DNA of 64,000 nt from Azolla caroliniana (Eukaryota; Plantae; Polypodiophyta). The notes under the pieces were generated by a model. It did no database searches and was not told the DNA's origin. It saw only the letters and a list, made by a program, of their open reading frames with translations. The position numbers and the translations under genes were made by a program. Shown here piece after piece: positions 38,111 to 50,191 of the stretch (positions are counted from its first letter, which is position 1; each line of letters opens with the position of its first letter). Where the stretch lies: positions 10,106,001 through 10,170,000 of the forward strand of contig JBHGNT010000022.1 of NCBI GenBank assembly GCA_043228905.1. The letters are read 5' to 3'.

Positions 38111-39949
38111 CTCAACGGTGCCGGATGTCATCGCCGGTTGCCACCGGATACCGGTTTGCCGCCGGATCATCGGCTCCATCGCTGGTCCGGTTTTGGTTGG
38201 CCAAAACCCTTTACGAGTAGCTAGCCCACCTCCACTCTTAGTTCAAGTTACCTTGAACTCTCTATGCTCCACACATAGACACAAAGATAATATCTTTTGC
38301 TCTACCTTATATATGATGAGAGCCGTATTTGTCGTGCCTATGTGGGATATCTCACAATTTTCTCTTTTCCTTTCACAAACTTTATACCCTCATATCTTGA
38401 CATTTAGTTGTCCGTTTCTCGTGTAATAAAGTGCATTCGAAACCTCCATCATTTTGTACTTAGATATTAAATTTATTTAAAATGTTATCTTCACAATTAT
38501 TGTATTATGTGATTCATACTCGATTTCGTACGTTTTATGGGATTTTCACACTATTGCCGAAAATCTTCACGACAATGTATGGTTCTCATGCAGGGAATCC
38601 ATCTCATCCTGCATGGCACTTAACCATTTGCGGCTGCGAGTGTCGTCCTTCGCTTCTTCGAAGCTTTCCGGCTCTCCCTCATCGGTCAGCAACACATGCT
38701 TTGCATCCGGAAATCTCCGGGGGGGCCTTCTCTCTCTGAGAGGATATCTCCGTCTTTGGCTTTCGGCAACCGGTTCCACTATTTGATCTTCATCTTCATC
38801 CGATTCAGGATCTTGGCCGGTTCCGGTTTCAGCTTCCTCTACTTCGTCTTCAACGGTGTGGCCCACAGCTTTCGGTTGTGGTCATCTATGAACGTCACGA
38901 AGTACTGCGATCCGGCATGTGACTTCGTGTCCACTTGACATACATCAATATGCACCAACTCCAGTGGTGCATTACGTCTCATCGGTGGCCTCGATCGGAA
39001 GGAGGTCCGGTTTTGTTTACCGGCCAGACAATCAGTGCAACTCTCCAAGTGCACGTTCTTCACTGGAATGAGGTTGTCGTCTGCAAGCCTCTTCGTCCCC
39101 TTCTCGCTCATGTGACACAACCTCTTGTCCCACAACTCACCGGCAGTGTCGGAAGCCATGTTCACTTCTTCCAGGCATTCATCAGGTACAACGTGTTTAC
39201 CTTCCGGGCTTGAGCCACAATCAGGCTCCCTTTGCTTAACTTCATAACACCATTCCGGATGCTACCCGTGTAGCCTTCATCATCTAGCCGACCGGCTGAT
39301 ATCAGGTTCAGATGAACCTCCAGAATGTGTCAGACATCCTTCAACAACAGCTTGCATCCGGTTGGTGTTGTCAACCACACGTCTGCTATGCTGACAATTC
39401 GGCATGTACCTTCATTCCCCATCCGGACACAACCGTGATCACCTGTTGTGTAGGATGAGAAGCATTTACGGTCTGGGGTAAGGTGGAACGACGCTTCGGA
39501 GTTGACCACCCAGGTCATCTCGTCGTCGGCAAGGTTCAACTCACTCTCCTCGGTGATGAGCATCAACTCTTCTTCACTTGCTGCGATTGCCATCGTTCCC
39601 TTCTGGTCCGGCCCCCTCCGGTCTGATGTCCTCTTCGAATTGGTACTGTCGGTTTCCTTGTCTTTTCGGAAGTGCCGACAGTTCTTTTGGAAGTGTCCCG
39701 GCTTGCCGCAATAGAAGCAAGTAGGCCTTCCCCTTGACTTTGACTGTGTCCCTGACTTCTCCCGGTTCTGGGGACTATAGTTCCTTTGTCTTCCGCGTTC
39801 CGATTCGGTAATGAGCGCTTTGGAGTCGAAGTTTGTATCCTTGTCTTTCTGACGCGCCTCCTCATCTAGCAAGCTCGACTTCACTCTTGCCAGGGATAAC
39901 AATTTCCCTTCCGGCCCGGCGTTGCCCAAAGTGTGTCATGAGATGGCAA

Positions 39950-40003
39950 GACTCGAACCCATGACCTTATGGTATATGGGTCGAGCTCTTAACCATCTCA
40001 CCA
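39950..40003 (-). promoter_or_regulatory. tRNA-like A-box/B-box module in the G LTR (three copies in G)
   Basis: Minus strand TGGTGAGATGG-N33-GGTTCGAGTC with AGGTC at the variable-loop position. Confidence 0.7.
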
Positions 40004-40364
40004 TCTATTGTAATTCATAGAATATTATTTTCATTTATGTTTTATTATAAGAAAGTAATGTATATTCCAGATTTCTCTGGAACATTCTAGAAGCTTCAGG
40101 ATTATTCCTGAGAACACTATAAAAGAAGGCACTAAGCATTATGTTGAACCAAATTGGTTCAACACCAGTCTTAAGCCTCTTAGCCGATTTGTACTTATCT
40201 TTCATATAATATAAGAGCTGCTGTCATCATTCTATTTCTCTCTCTCTCCTCTTCTCACTTTCTCTCTCTCTCGGGAATCTTACGCAGTCCTGTCTTCTTA
40301 GTACTAATAGTACTACTCTTCTTAGTACTAATTCCATCTCTGCTTTAGTACTATTCCTGACAGT

Positions 40365-40376
40365 TTGAACCAATTT
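40365..40376 (+). promoter_or_regulatory. Self-priming PBS of G
   Basis: TTGAACCAATTT is the exact complement of LTR 40151-40162, which starts 33 nt after the TATA at 40118. Confidence 0.88.
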
Positions 40377-40433
40377 TTTTCTCTCTAGCCTACTTGTCAC
40401 TCTCCCTCATCCTCCTACCCTTTTCCCTATACT

Positions 40434-41591
40434 ATGGCTACTGTTAGCGCCCAAGAATACCAATCCGTTTTCTCCGAGCTACAGTGCCTAAAAGAAAAGT
40501 TTGTTGCCCTGGAACAAGAAAACCAACGGCTGATAGGGGATCTGCAACAAATCGCTCTAGAAAAACAACAAACGCAACAACAACATGGGGAGTTAGCGTT
40601 ACGGGTACAACAACTCGAAGCAGCGTTGCAACAACAAGGATCCAGTCCCCAAGGATTTCATAAAGAGCCCAAGATTGGACTTCCTGTGAAATTTGATGGA
40701 ACGCGTTCGCAATTCCGGGGATTCCTTAATCAGGTACGCTTAGTCATCCAGATGCATCCTTCCCGATATCCCACTGATGCATCTCGAGTCGGCCTAATAG
40801 GCACGCTACTTAGCGGCTCAGCCTTGGCATGGTTTGCTCCGCTTCTAGAAAAACAATCACCCTTACTTAATAACTTTGAAGATTTTATTGGTGAGTTTAA
40901 AGCCTGCTTTGGAGACACCGACAGCATCAGGACGGCGATCAACAAGATCCGGCGATTGCGTCAAGGCGATCGTCCAGCCTCTGCCTACGCGGCGGATTTC
41001 CGCCTACTTGCTTCAGATATACCCTGGGATGATCAAGCACTAATGGAGCAGTTTCGCTATGGCTTGCGAAACGATGTCAAAGATCTACTTCTAACTTTCC
41101 CCGAAGAACCAAAGTCTCTTACGGAGGCAATTAGTCGAGCAGTTCGATGTGACAACCGCCTTTTTGAACGGCGTTCAGAACGTCAATTACAGATACCACG
41201 CTCTAGGCCAGAGCCCACCTACGCCACAGTCGCGGCTAAACCGTTTGCACGAGACACACCTCAAGCAAATACTTCGACACCGATGGAGATTGATACCATG
41301 CGTCGACGCGGCCCGTTATCGGAAGAAGAAAAGCAACGACGACGTGCCAATCGATTATGTCTTTATTGCGGTGGACCAGGACATATCGCCATCAATTGTC
41401 CCCATAGGCCAAGAAGACAGGTAAATCAAATCGTCGCCTGTACTAAACCCGAGTCAATTCTTCCCTTTGGAGTGTCTGATAGTATTAATAGTACTAATAG
41501 AGTGTCAGATAGTATTCATAGTACTAATAGCCCAAGTATCTCAAATAAATTTGAAATTCTTAGTCAATTAGATGAAGAGTTAAACGATTGA
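40434..41591 (+). CDS. gag: Gag of G
   Basis: 385-aa ORF collinear with H Gag. Confidence 0.95.
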   Translation: MATVSAQEYQSVFSELQCLKEKFVALEQENQRLIGDLQQIALEKQQTQQQHGELALRVQQLEAALQQQGSSPQGFHKEPKIGLPVKFDGTRSQFRGFLNQVRLVIQMHPSRYPTDASRVGLIGTLLSGSALAWFAPLLEKQSPLLNNFEDFIGEFKACFGDTDSIRTAINKIRRLRQGDRPASAYAADFRLLASDIPWDDQALMEQFRYGLRNDVKDLLLTFPEEPKSLTEAISRAVRCDNRLFERRSERQLQIPRSRPEPTYATVAAKPFARDTPQANTSTPMEIDTMRRRGPLSEEEKQRRRANRLCLYCGGPGHIAINCPHRPRRQVNQIVACTKPESILPFGVSDSINSTNRVSDSIHSTNSPSISNKFEILSQLDEELND

Positions 41592-44500
41592 GTCCGGCCA
41601 AAATAGGAGCCATTTGGTTGGACAGCAGCCCTAGATCTGTACAGCCCATTAGTGGTTCCATTCCTTCCAAGCAAGTTAGCAATGTGTTCCTAGCCCAAGT
41701 CATTGTTAGTACTAAAAGTACTCCCCCAGTACCCGTTCTAGCACTTTTAGATTCCGGAGCTAATTCTTGTTTCATGGATCGAAATTTTGCCCAAGCTTCT
41801 CAGATATCCTTAAGAAAACTTCCTTGTCCCGCATCTGTAGTGGTCATTGATGGTCGTCCCATTGCTTCCGGGAATATTGTAGAAGAATCAGAACCCATTC
41901 AAGTTGTCCTAGGTAGTTTTGTGTGTATAATATCATTTAATATAATTAGTAGTCCAGAGCATCCCATTGTCCTAGGATTACCTTGGCTTGAGTTACATAA
42001 TCCAGCCATAGATTGGAGAACAAGAGAAGTTCGATATCGACCACCCCAAGAATCAACTCGCCGAGTTTCGACCATTTCACTCCATCAACTACGCGAAGAA
42101 GGACCCAAGGAGGCAATGTTCCTATTTTCCATATCAGTACATCCTTCCAGCACTATTAAGAAGGACTCCTCAGTACAACTTCCGGCAAAATATCATCCTT
42201 ATGCCGATGTATTTGACAAGGTAAAAGCCGGTACCCTTCCTCATCACCGTCCCTATGACTGTCCCATCGATTTACAACCAGGAACCGAGCCACCATGGGG
42301 ACCAATTTACAACCTGTCACCCACCGAGTTAGAAGTCCTTCGAGCCTACATAGAGGAGAACTTGGCAAGCGGGTTCATCCGTCATTCGAAATCTCCGGCC
42401 GGTGCACCCATCTTCTTTGTCAAGAAGAAAGATGGCTCACTTCGTCTTGTCGTTGATTACCGCGGATTAAATAAAGTCACCATCCGGAATAGGTATGCAC
42501 TTCCTCTTATATCAAGTCTTTTAGAGCGAGTTAATGGTGCCAAGTTTTTTACTAAAATCGACCTACGCGGAGCGTATAATCTCGTGCGGATCCGACCGGG
42601 AGATGAGTGGAAGACCGCTTTTCGCACGCGGTATGGGCATTTTGAGTATACTGTTATGCCGTTTGGCCTAACCAATGCACCCGCAGTCTTCCAACACATG
42701 GCAAATGATATATTCAGAGACCTCTTGGATATCTGTTTGATCATTTATCTGGATGATCTGTTGATTTATTCGAAGACCTAGGAAGAGCACGACTCTCATG
42801 TACTATTAGTACTAAAGCGACTCCGCGAGAATGGTCTTTATGCCAAGCTAGAAAAATGTAGCTTCGACTGCAAGCAAGTGGAATTTCTAGGCTATGTCAT
42901 CTCCTCAAAGGGCATCGCCATGGATCCAGCTAAGATCCAAACTGTACTAGAGTGGCAAATTCCACGGTCGGTACGAGATGTACAATGTTTTCTAGGTTTT
43001 GCTAACTTCTACCGTAAGTTTATACAGGATTACTCGAAGATTATTTTACCTCTCACACAACTTACGAAGAAGGGCCAAGCATTTCTTTGGTCCATTGAAG
43101 CAGATATGGCTTTTCGGCATCTTAAGAAAGCCTTTACATCAGCACCGATTCTAGCTCATGTGGATACAAGCAAACCATTCATCATGGAGGCCGACGCATC
43201 AGATTTCGCCCTCGGTAGCATCCTTTCTCAACAAGGTGATAAAGAAGAGTTGCATCCGGTGGCTTTCCATTCGCGCAAATTCGATGTCGCAGAAATCAAC
43301 TACGAAATACATGACAAGGAGTTATTAGCCATCGTGGATTCATTTGTACAATGGCGGCATTTCTTAGAGGGCTCTCCACATCAGGTCATTGTCTTCAGCG
43401 ATCATAAAAATCTTGCTTATTTTCAGAACGCTCGCGTACTAAATCGACGGCAAGCTCGGTGGGCGCAATTCCTCACGCGTTTCGACTTCAAAATCACATA
43501 TCGACCGGGGAAGCAGCAAGGAAAAGCAGATGCACTATCACGACGTTCATATCTTGCACCTCGTCCTGGTGAAGCAACATTTGATAATCAAAAGCAAGTA
43601 ATCTTGGGACCAACACGATTGCACACGACGCGGATTTTTCACACCCCGATGGATTCACGGATTACCGATGACATACGTGCAACCTTGAAGACGGATAGTT
43701 TTGCTCAAGACATCCTGGCGCACATTGATACTTCTCGGGCATCCTGTTCTCAGTCTCAACAACCAGGTATTGACTACCGACAATTCGAATATCATGATGG
43801 TTTGTTATTCTTTAAAAAGCGCGTATATGTCCCCGATTGCTCCTGTCGCCTTCAAATTGTCCAACATTGTCACGACACCCATACGGCGGGACATTTCGGT
43901 AGTACTAAGACGTTGGAGCTAGTGCAGCGATCTTTTTGGTGGCCCCACATGCGCCGTTTTGTCGACGACTACGTTCGGACCTGTGATGCTTGCTGCCGAG
44001 CAAAGATGCCACGACACCATCCATATGGCTTGTTGGAACCTTTACCAATTCCAAGTAAGCCATGGCAGTCTATTTGTCTTGATTTTATCACAGATCTGCC
44101 GGTCTCGAAAGGGTTCGATGCTATCCTAACCGTCGTCGATCGATATACGAAGATGGCACATTTTGTGCCATGTACTAAAGCCATCACTAGCGAGGAAACC
44201 GCCGCTCTTGTTATGCGTGAGGTTTTTCGGCATCATGGCCTCCCAGACAGTATTATCAGTGACCGAGGCCCGCAATTTGTCTCCAAATTTTGGCAGCATC
44301 TCTTCAAGATGCTCAAGGTCTCCTGCAACCTCTCCTCCGGCTACCATCCTCAGACCGACGGACAGGCGGAACGAACAAACCAAACGCTGGAGCAATATCT
44401 CCGGTGTTTCCTGAGTTATCAACAGGACGATTGGGCCGAGATTCTCCACTTTGCGGAGTTTGCGTATAATAATGCTATTCACTCCTCGACTCGGGTCTCC

Positions 44501-45160
44501 CCATTTTTCGCTTATACCGGTTTCCATCCTCGCTGGTCGGTGATCGACGCTCCGGAGCTACCTACCAACCCTCGTGCCGAGGATCATTTGGAGAGGCTAC
44601 GCAAGATCCAGATGGATCTCTCTACTCACCTTCGTCATGCTCAACACACACAGAAGACTTATGCGGATCGTCATCGGATTCCCTCCTCTTTTGCCATCGG
44701 AGATCGAGTATGGCTCTTACGTCGTCACATCAAGACTACTCGACCGTGCGACAAGTTGGATTATCGACGACTCGGTCCTTTCCGTATTACGGGGAAGATT
44801 AATGATGTCACCTTCCGCCTTGATCTCCCTCCCCAGCTTCAGATACATCCGGTTTTCCATTGTTCTCTTCTTGAACCTTATAAAGCAAACACCATTCCCG
44901 ATCGTGTGACACCACCGCCGCCCCCACTGGAGTTGGACGCCGGCCCGGAGTATGAAGTTGCTGCCATCCTCGATTCCAAACTTGTTCGCAACAAACTCTA
45001 TTACTTGGTCGATTGGCTCGGTTATAGTCCGAGCGAACGTACTTGGGAACCCGTCGAGAATGTTGCCAATGCACAAGATCTTCTTGCTGATTTCCACCAA
45101 AAGTATCCGGACAAACCCGGTCCGCAAGTAGCGCTGACTCGTTCCACTCGTCGTCTTTAA
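41585..45160 (+). pseudogene. pol: Pol of G with one nonsense codon (TAG 42779-42781; CAA in H)
   Basis: ORFs 41588-42781 and 42878-45160 are in the same frame; same domains as H including the chromodomain. Confidence 0.94.
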
Positions 45161-46720
45161 GGGGGAGATAGTGTCATGAGATGGCAAGACTCGAACCCAT
45201 GACCTTATGGTATATGGGTCGAGCTCTTAACCATCTCACCATCTATTGTAATTCATAGAATATTATTTTCATTTATGTTTTATTATAAGAAAGTAATGTA
45301 TATTCCAGATTTCTCTGGAACATTCTAGAAGCTTCAGGATTATTCCTGAGAACACTATAAAAGAAGGCACTAAGCATTATGTTGAACCAAATTGTGTCAT
45401 GAGATGGCAAGACTCGAACCCATGACCTTATGGTATATGGGTCGAGCTCTTAACCATCTCACCATCTATTGTAATTCATAGAATATTATTTTCATTTATG
45501 TTTTATTATAAGAAAGTAATGTATATTCCAGATTTCTCTGGAACATTCTAGAAGCTTCAGGATTATTCCTGAGAACACTATAAAAGAAGGCACTAAGCAT
45601 TATGTTGAACCAAATTGGTTCAACACCAGTCTTAAGCCTCTTAGCCGATTTGTACTTATCTTTCATATAATATAAGAGCTGCTGTCATCATTCTATTTCT
45701 CTCTCTCTCCTCTTCTCACTTTCTCTCTCTCTCGGGAATCTTACGCAGTCCTGTCTTCTTAGTACTAATAGTACTACTCTTCTTAGTACTAATTCCATCT
45801 CTGCTTTAGTACTATTCCTGACAAAGTGACAACCAACGTCTCCCAGCTATCAGGGAGGGAACCAAGTAGGAGTAGCTCTAGTACCTCATCGGCGAGAGGT
45901 ACTTCTAATGATGTTGCTTGGTGTATCAACCCCTGGAAGGCATTCATGTGCCCCGCCATACTGGAGCCATCTTGGTACCGGAGTCTTACTAGCTTCCGGC
46001 ATACCGAAACCTGATTAACAACATTTTTATTCTAAAACATAATGCCGATCTTCTCCCAGAGCTCATGAGCCTTGCTCTTTTCATTGAAGTTGTTGTATAG
46101 ACTCATGTCGATAAAGCACCGTATGTACGTCGTTGTCTTCATGTGCATCACCTCCCATATCGCGGTGTCGTGCCTTTCGGCTCCGGATCGTTGCGTGAGT
46201 CGGGTGGGAACCGCCGAGGTTTTGGACTAGGAGAAAGAAAAATACAAATAAGGCTAGTAAAGAATAGGTATAAAGAGTTATAAGATAAGAATCTCGTGAA
46301 TCCCACGAGTTTAGTATATTTAGTCAATATTTAGGTAGTAAGAGAGAATTATTTTAGCAAATTCGTGAATCCCACGAATATTTTAGATTGATTGATCATT
46401 ATAGAAAAATAATCAACAAAAACTACAATGTGCTCCCCATCCTTATATAGTGATGGGAGAGACTAAGCATAACTACATGCTTTTTCTAATATGTTCATGC
46501 ACACTAAATGTGCATGTGATGCTTTTCTAATCCTTGCTTTTATTTGCTAAATATAGTGCTCATGCACGCTAGATGTGCATGAGTCACTTTTTTGTTGCTT
46601 GCGTTTTTCTATAAAATATTCACGCACTCTAAAAAATGCACGATTTACCTTTTAATAAAGGTAGGCGCAAATAAAGCACTTATAGTTATTAAATCTATTT
46701 ATAGAACACTAAAGATAAGG

Positions 46721-46774
46721 TAGCATAATGGTAAAGTTGAGGTTTGGCTACGTGGAGGTATAGGGTTTGAATCC
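46721..46774 (+). promoter_or_regulatory. tRNA-like A-box/B-box module in the F LTR (second copy ~49479-49532)
   Basis: TAGCATAATGG-N32-GGTTTGAATCC; antisense to the element. Confidence 0.7.
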
Positions 46775-46838
46775 TGCCCTATGCACGTGATAAATATCTT
46801 GATATATTATTTTATTTATTTATATGTAATTAAATCGG

Positions 46839-48887
46839 TTATATTATTTTTACTTTTTCACGTAGTGTACGAAATACACTACGACACTCGCCCCCTCCGA
46901 ACCCGCACATCCTCCGGTATGTGCCGAAGTTGCCGATGCTCGTTGTCTCCCCTTCATCCTCCGTTTGTCCCGCTATGTCAACTTTGTCTCTCCATTTTGA
47001 GTAGACCCATTCTTTCCACCCGAACCATTGTTGCCATCCGATCCACCATATTCTTTGTTCATTCGTGGTAGTGTCTTTTACTGGGCTCTTTCTTGTCTTC
47101 ATCAACCTTGACTTTTTTCCGGATCGCTCTCGTCCGATCAACTTTCGGTTTGATCGGCTTCCGATCGGATTCGTATTCGGCCGAATCGGAATCGGTTGTT
47201 CGGTTTCGATTGAGTCGGTCTCCTTCCGGCCCGGTTTCGATCTATCGGTTTCGGTTTCGGTTGGCTTTCTTTTCCTCGTTTTCACCAGTCTCGACCGGTC
47301 CAACCTTCGGTTGAGTCGGATTAGCTTCTTTCCGGATCGGTCTCGTCCGATTGGCTTTCGGCTAGGTCGGCTTCCATCCATATTCGCGTTCGGCCAAGTC
47401 AGACTCGGTCGATCGGTTTTGACCGAGTCGACCCCTTTTCGGGTCGGCTTTCTTTCGGGTCGTCTTTCGGCCGAATCCTCATTCGCTCGGTTCGGCTTTC
47501 GTTTGTGTCGTCTTTCGGCCGAATTCTCTTCCTTTCGGTTCGGCTTTCTTTCGGGTCGACTTTTGGTCGAATCCTCTTTTACCCGGTTCGGCTTTCTTTC
47601 GGATCGGAATCCCGTCCGGATCACCTTCCATCCGAACCGGCTTCCGACTTTACCTTTCTTGCCGCCACCTCCCGTCTCTCCGGTCTCACGTTGCTTCTCA
47701 GACACAGCCGCCGAAGTCTCTAGGATTAGTGGGTAGGAATCCTCGGTATTATCATCCTCCATTGTTTCACCCATAGCCATATTCTCGGCTATCTCTCCGT
47801 TGTATGCATCGACTTCGACCTTTGTTTTCTCTCCGCCACCTTCCGTCTCTTCGGTCTCACGTTGCCTTTCGAACGCAACCGCCGGAGTCTCTAGAATCAG
47901 TGGTGTGGAAGTCTCGATATGACCATCCGCTATTGATTCGTCCATAGCCACCTTCGATTCGATGTCATCTTTCGTGGCGACCTCCTCAATCAAGTCCTCC
48001 TTGCTCTTTTTCACTGCATCAATTATGCAAATATCAATTATGCTTACCCCTTTTTCACCCGATGTTTCGGACACTTGTATTCCGAAATCTTCTTCTACAC
48101 TTGGGTTATCGGCCTTATCCTTCACCGTCGTTCTTTCGCAAGACAAGAGGGTAGCTTGTTTTACACCCTCTTCCGTCACACCATCATGTTGTATTTCGGC
48201 CTTCATATCGGCTCCATCGTTTGTCTTCAATCGACCATCCTTCATCGGCCATGTCGTTGACAAGATTCTCATCTTCCTCTCATCATGTCTCCGGCATACC
48301 CTTTGGACTTCGGCCCAATCTTCAGTAAGACCATTCGTACCGTCATCGTCTTCGAGTTCAATCCCGATGTCCTTCCTTTCTTTTCGATCGATCGATTTTA
48401 CGAACATTAGGACTTTATCCTCCCCCACCAATCGTTGTTCTCGCTCCGAGAGTCGAGCAAAATGATGCTCGAACTCTAAGAATGCTTGTGTTGCACTTCG
48501 GTGGGTCTTCTCCGATGCCACCCATTCGTCCAATTTTCGCCGATCTTGTCCCTTTGATCTCTTGTAATCATATGCCTCTCGTAAAGCTTCTTCGAATGAC
48601 CCCCATGTCGAGTTTTGTTGCCGTATCTTGTGGATTCTCTCTTGTAGCTCATCCGTGGCCACCCGATTGAAGGATGTCACTTGCAATCCTTCCGGTATCC
48701 CACATCGTATCATCTCCGCCTTGTAGTCACGTAGATAGCGTGACACATCGTTTCCGTTGAATTGTCCGTTTCGTTGTACGAGCCGCTTTACTGCCCCCGT
48801 GATCTCCGACATCACTCGTTGTTCTTGTAGCATCTGCTCGAACATCATCATCATCGTTATGCTCATTGCCTCTTGTTGATTCTCCAT
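46839..48887 (-). CDS. Gag-derived protein of F (682 aa from first ATG): Gag N-terminus plus acidic and basic repetitive tail
   Basis: N-terminus aligns to A/E Gag (GQFNGNDVSRYLRDYKAEM vs GQFDGRNITKFLDAYRREM; FVKSIDRKER..LEDDD..GLTEDW); no zinc knuckle; stop lies 48 nt inside the 3' LTR. Confidence 0.85.
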   Translation of the reverse strand: MENQQEAMSITMMMMFEQMLQEQRVMSEITGAVKRLVQRNGQFNGNDVSRYLRDYKAEMIRCGIPEGLQVTSFNRVATDELQERIHKIRQQNSTWGSFEEALREAYDYKRSKGQDRRKLDEWVASEKTHRSATQAFLEFEHHFARLSEREQRLVGEDKVLMFVKSIDRKERKDIGIELEDDDGTNGLTEDWAEVQRVCRRHDERKMRILSTTWPMKDGRLKTNDGADMKAEIQHDGVTEEGVKQATLLSCERTTVKDKADNPSVEEDFGIQVSETSGEKGVSIIDICIIDAVKKSKEDLIEEVATKDDIESKVAMDESIADGHIETSTPLILETPAVAFERQRETEETEGGGEKTKVEVDAYNGEIAENMAMGETMEDDNTEDSYPLILETSAAVSEKQRETGETGGGGKKGKVGSRFGWKVIRTGFRSERKPNRVKEDSTKSRPERKPNRKEENSAERRHKRKPNRANEDSAERRPERKPTRKGVDSVKTDRPSLTWPNANMDGSRPSRKPIGRDRSGKKLIRLNRRLDRSRLVKTRKRKPTETETDRSKPGRKETDSIETEQPIPIRPNTNPIGSRSNRKLIGRERSGKKSRLMKTRKSPVKDTTTNEQRIWWIGWQQWFGWKEWVYSKWRDKVDIAGQTEDEGETTSIGNFGTYRRMCGFGGGECRSVFRTLREKVKII

Positions 48888-48903
48888 CTCCTTGCCACCC
48901 GCC

Positions 48904-48921
48904 TTCACGTCGGGTTCACCA
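48904..48921 (-). promoter_or_regulatory. Primer-binding site of F, complementary to the tRNA-Trp 3' end
   Basis: TGGTGAACCCGACGTGAA, 4 nt after the 5' LTR; matches the plant cytosolic tRNA-Trp(CCA) end TTCACGTCGGGTTCA+CCA as I recall it. Confidence 0.85.
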
Positions 48922-50145
48922 ATTGTGTCGTGCCTTTCGGCTCCGGATCGTTGCGTGAGTCGGGTGGGAACCGCCGAGGTTTTGGACTAGGAGAAAGAAA
49001 AATACAAATAAGGCTAGTAAAGAATAGGTATAAAGAGTTATAAGATAAGAATCTCGTGAATCCCACGAGTTTAGTATATTTAGTCAATATTTAGGTAGTA
49101 AGAGAGAATTATTTTAGCAAATTCGTGAATCCCACGAATATTTTAGATTGATTGATCATTATAGAAAAATAATCAACAAAAACTACAATGTGCTCCCCAT
49201 CCTTATATAGTGATGGGAGAGACTAAGCATAACTACATGCTTTTTCTAATATGTTCATGCACACTAAATGTGCATGTGATGCTTTTCTAATCCTTGCTTT
49301 TATTTGCTAAATATAGTGCTCATGCACGCTAGATGTGCATGAGTCACTTTTTTGTTGCTTGCGTTTTTCTATAAAATATTCACGCACTCTAAAAAATGCA
49401 CGATTTACCTTTTAATAAAGGTAGGCGCAAATAAAGCACTTATAGTTATTAAATCTATATAGAACACTAAAGATAAGGTAGCATAATGGTAAAGTTGAGG
49501 TTTGGCTACGTGGAGGTATAGGGTTTGAATCCTGCCCTATGCACGTAATAAATATCTTGATATATTATTTTATTTATTTATATGTAATTAAATCGGTTAT
49601 ATTATTTTTACTTTTTCACGTAGTGTACGAAATACACTACGACAGCGGCATCGATTTTGTCTGGTCTCTTGTCCCCGAACTGAACCGGCAACCAAAGATC
49701 TTTAACCACGAGCATGTCCCTCATCTTCGACTTCCACACTGAATAGTTGGAGCCAGTGAGCTTGAACATGCCGCCCAACGATTCATCCTTTTTCTGTGTC
49801 GTTTCGCTCTGATACCACTTTGTCGAGTAATACGCGGAATAATCTCCAGTAACAACCGAAGGGAAAATCAGTAAGGACTACACGCTCTCTTAAAAAACAA
49901 TGCTTAGCCACAACCGAGTCTAGGATCAAACACAGAAAGAACGGGTAATGTACGCAAGACACAGTAAAGAGAAGAGTAGACAAGATGTTTACGTGGAAAA
50001 CCCAAACACGGGAAAAACCACGGCAGTCCACAGACTGCAAACTATCACTATGTTAGAATATACAGTAGATGAACACAGAGGCAACGACCTCTTGTTCACT
50101 GTCTTCGCCACAGGCGGCGATTATGACAGAGATACGAACTCTTCG

Positions 50146-50191
<46 letters not shown>

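Larger units (their letters stand above)
19937..38574 (-). mobile_element. Gypsy element E, same lineage as A, inserted in D
   Basis: Termini TGTTGTGAAGAT...ATCTTCACGACA; 3' LTR = 19937-20443 plus 31758-32378; truncated 5' LTR ~38110-38574; PPT complement at 32379-32390; 4-bp TSD ACGT/ATGT. Confidence 0.92.
39934..45823 (+). mobile_element. Chromovirus G, sister family of H, inserted in the gag of D
   Basis: 429-bp LTRs 39934-40362 and 45395-45823 plus an extra partial LTR 45172-45394; TSD AAGTG at 39929-39933 and 45824-45828. Confidence 0.96.
46166..49644 (-). mobile_element. Non-autonomous Gag-only LTR element F of the A/E lineage
   Basis: LTRs 46166-46886 and 48926-49644 (one substitution and a 2-bp indel seen); 4-bp TSD GCGG; PPT GGAGGGGGCGAG; no pol. 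Confidence 0.95.

Noticed and set aside
39942-40005. Functional tRNA genes inside the LTRs
   Set aside because: Anticodon and acceptor arms do not form a cloverleaf and there is no consistent anticodon or terminator; kept only as promoter-like modules
47065-47736. 223-aa plus-strand ORF in F
   Set aside because: Antisense shadow of the repeat tract; the minus-strand frame is the one continuous with Gag
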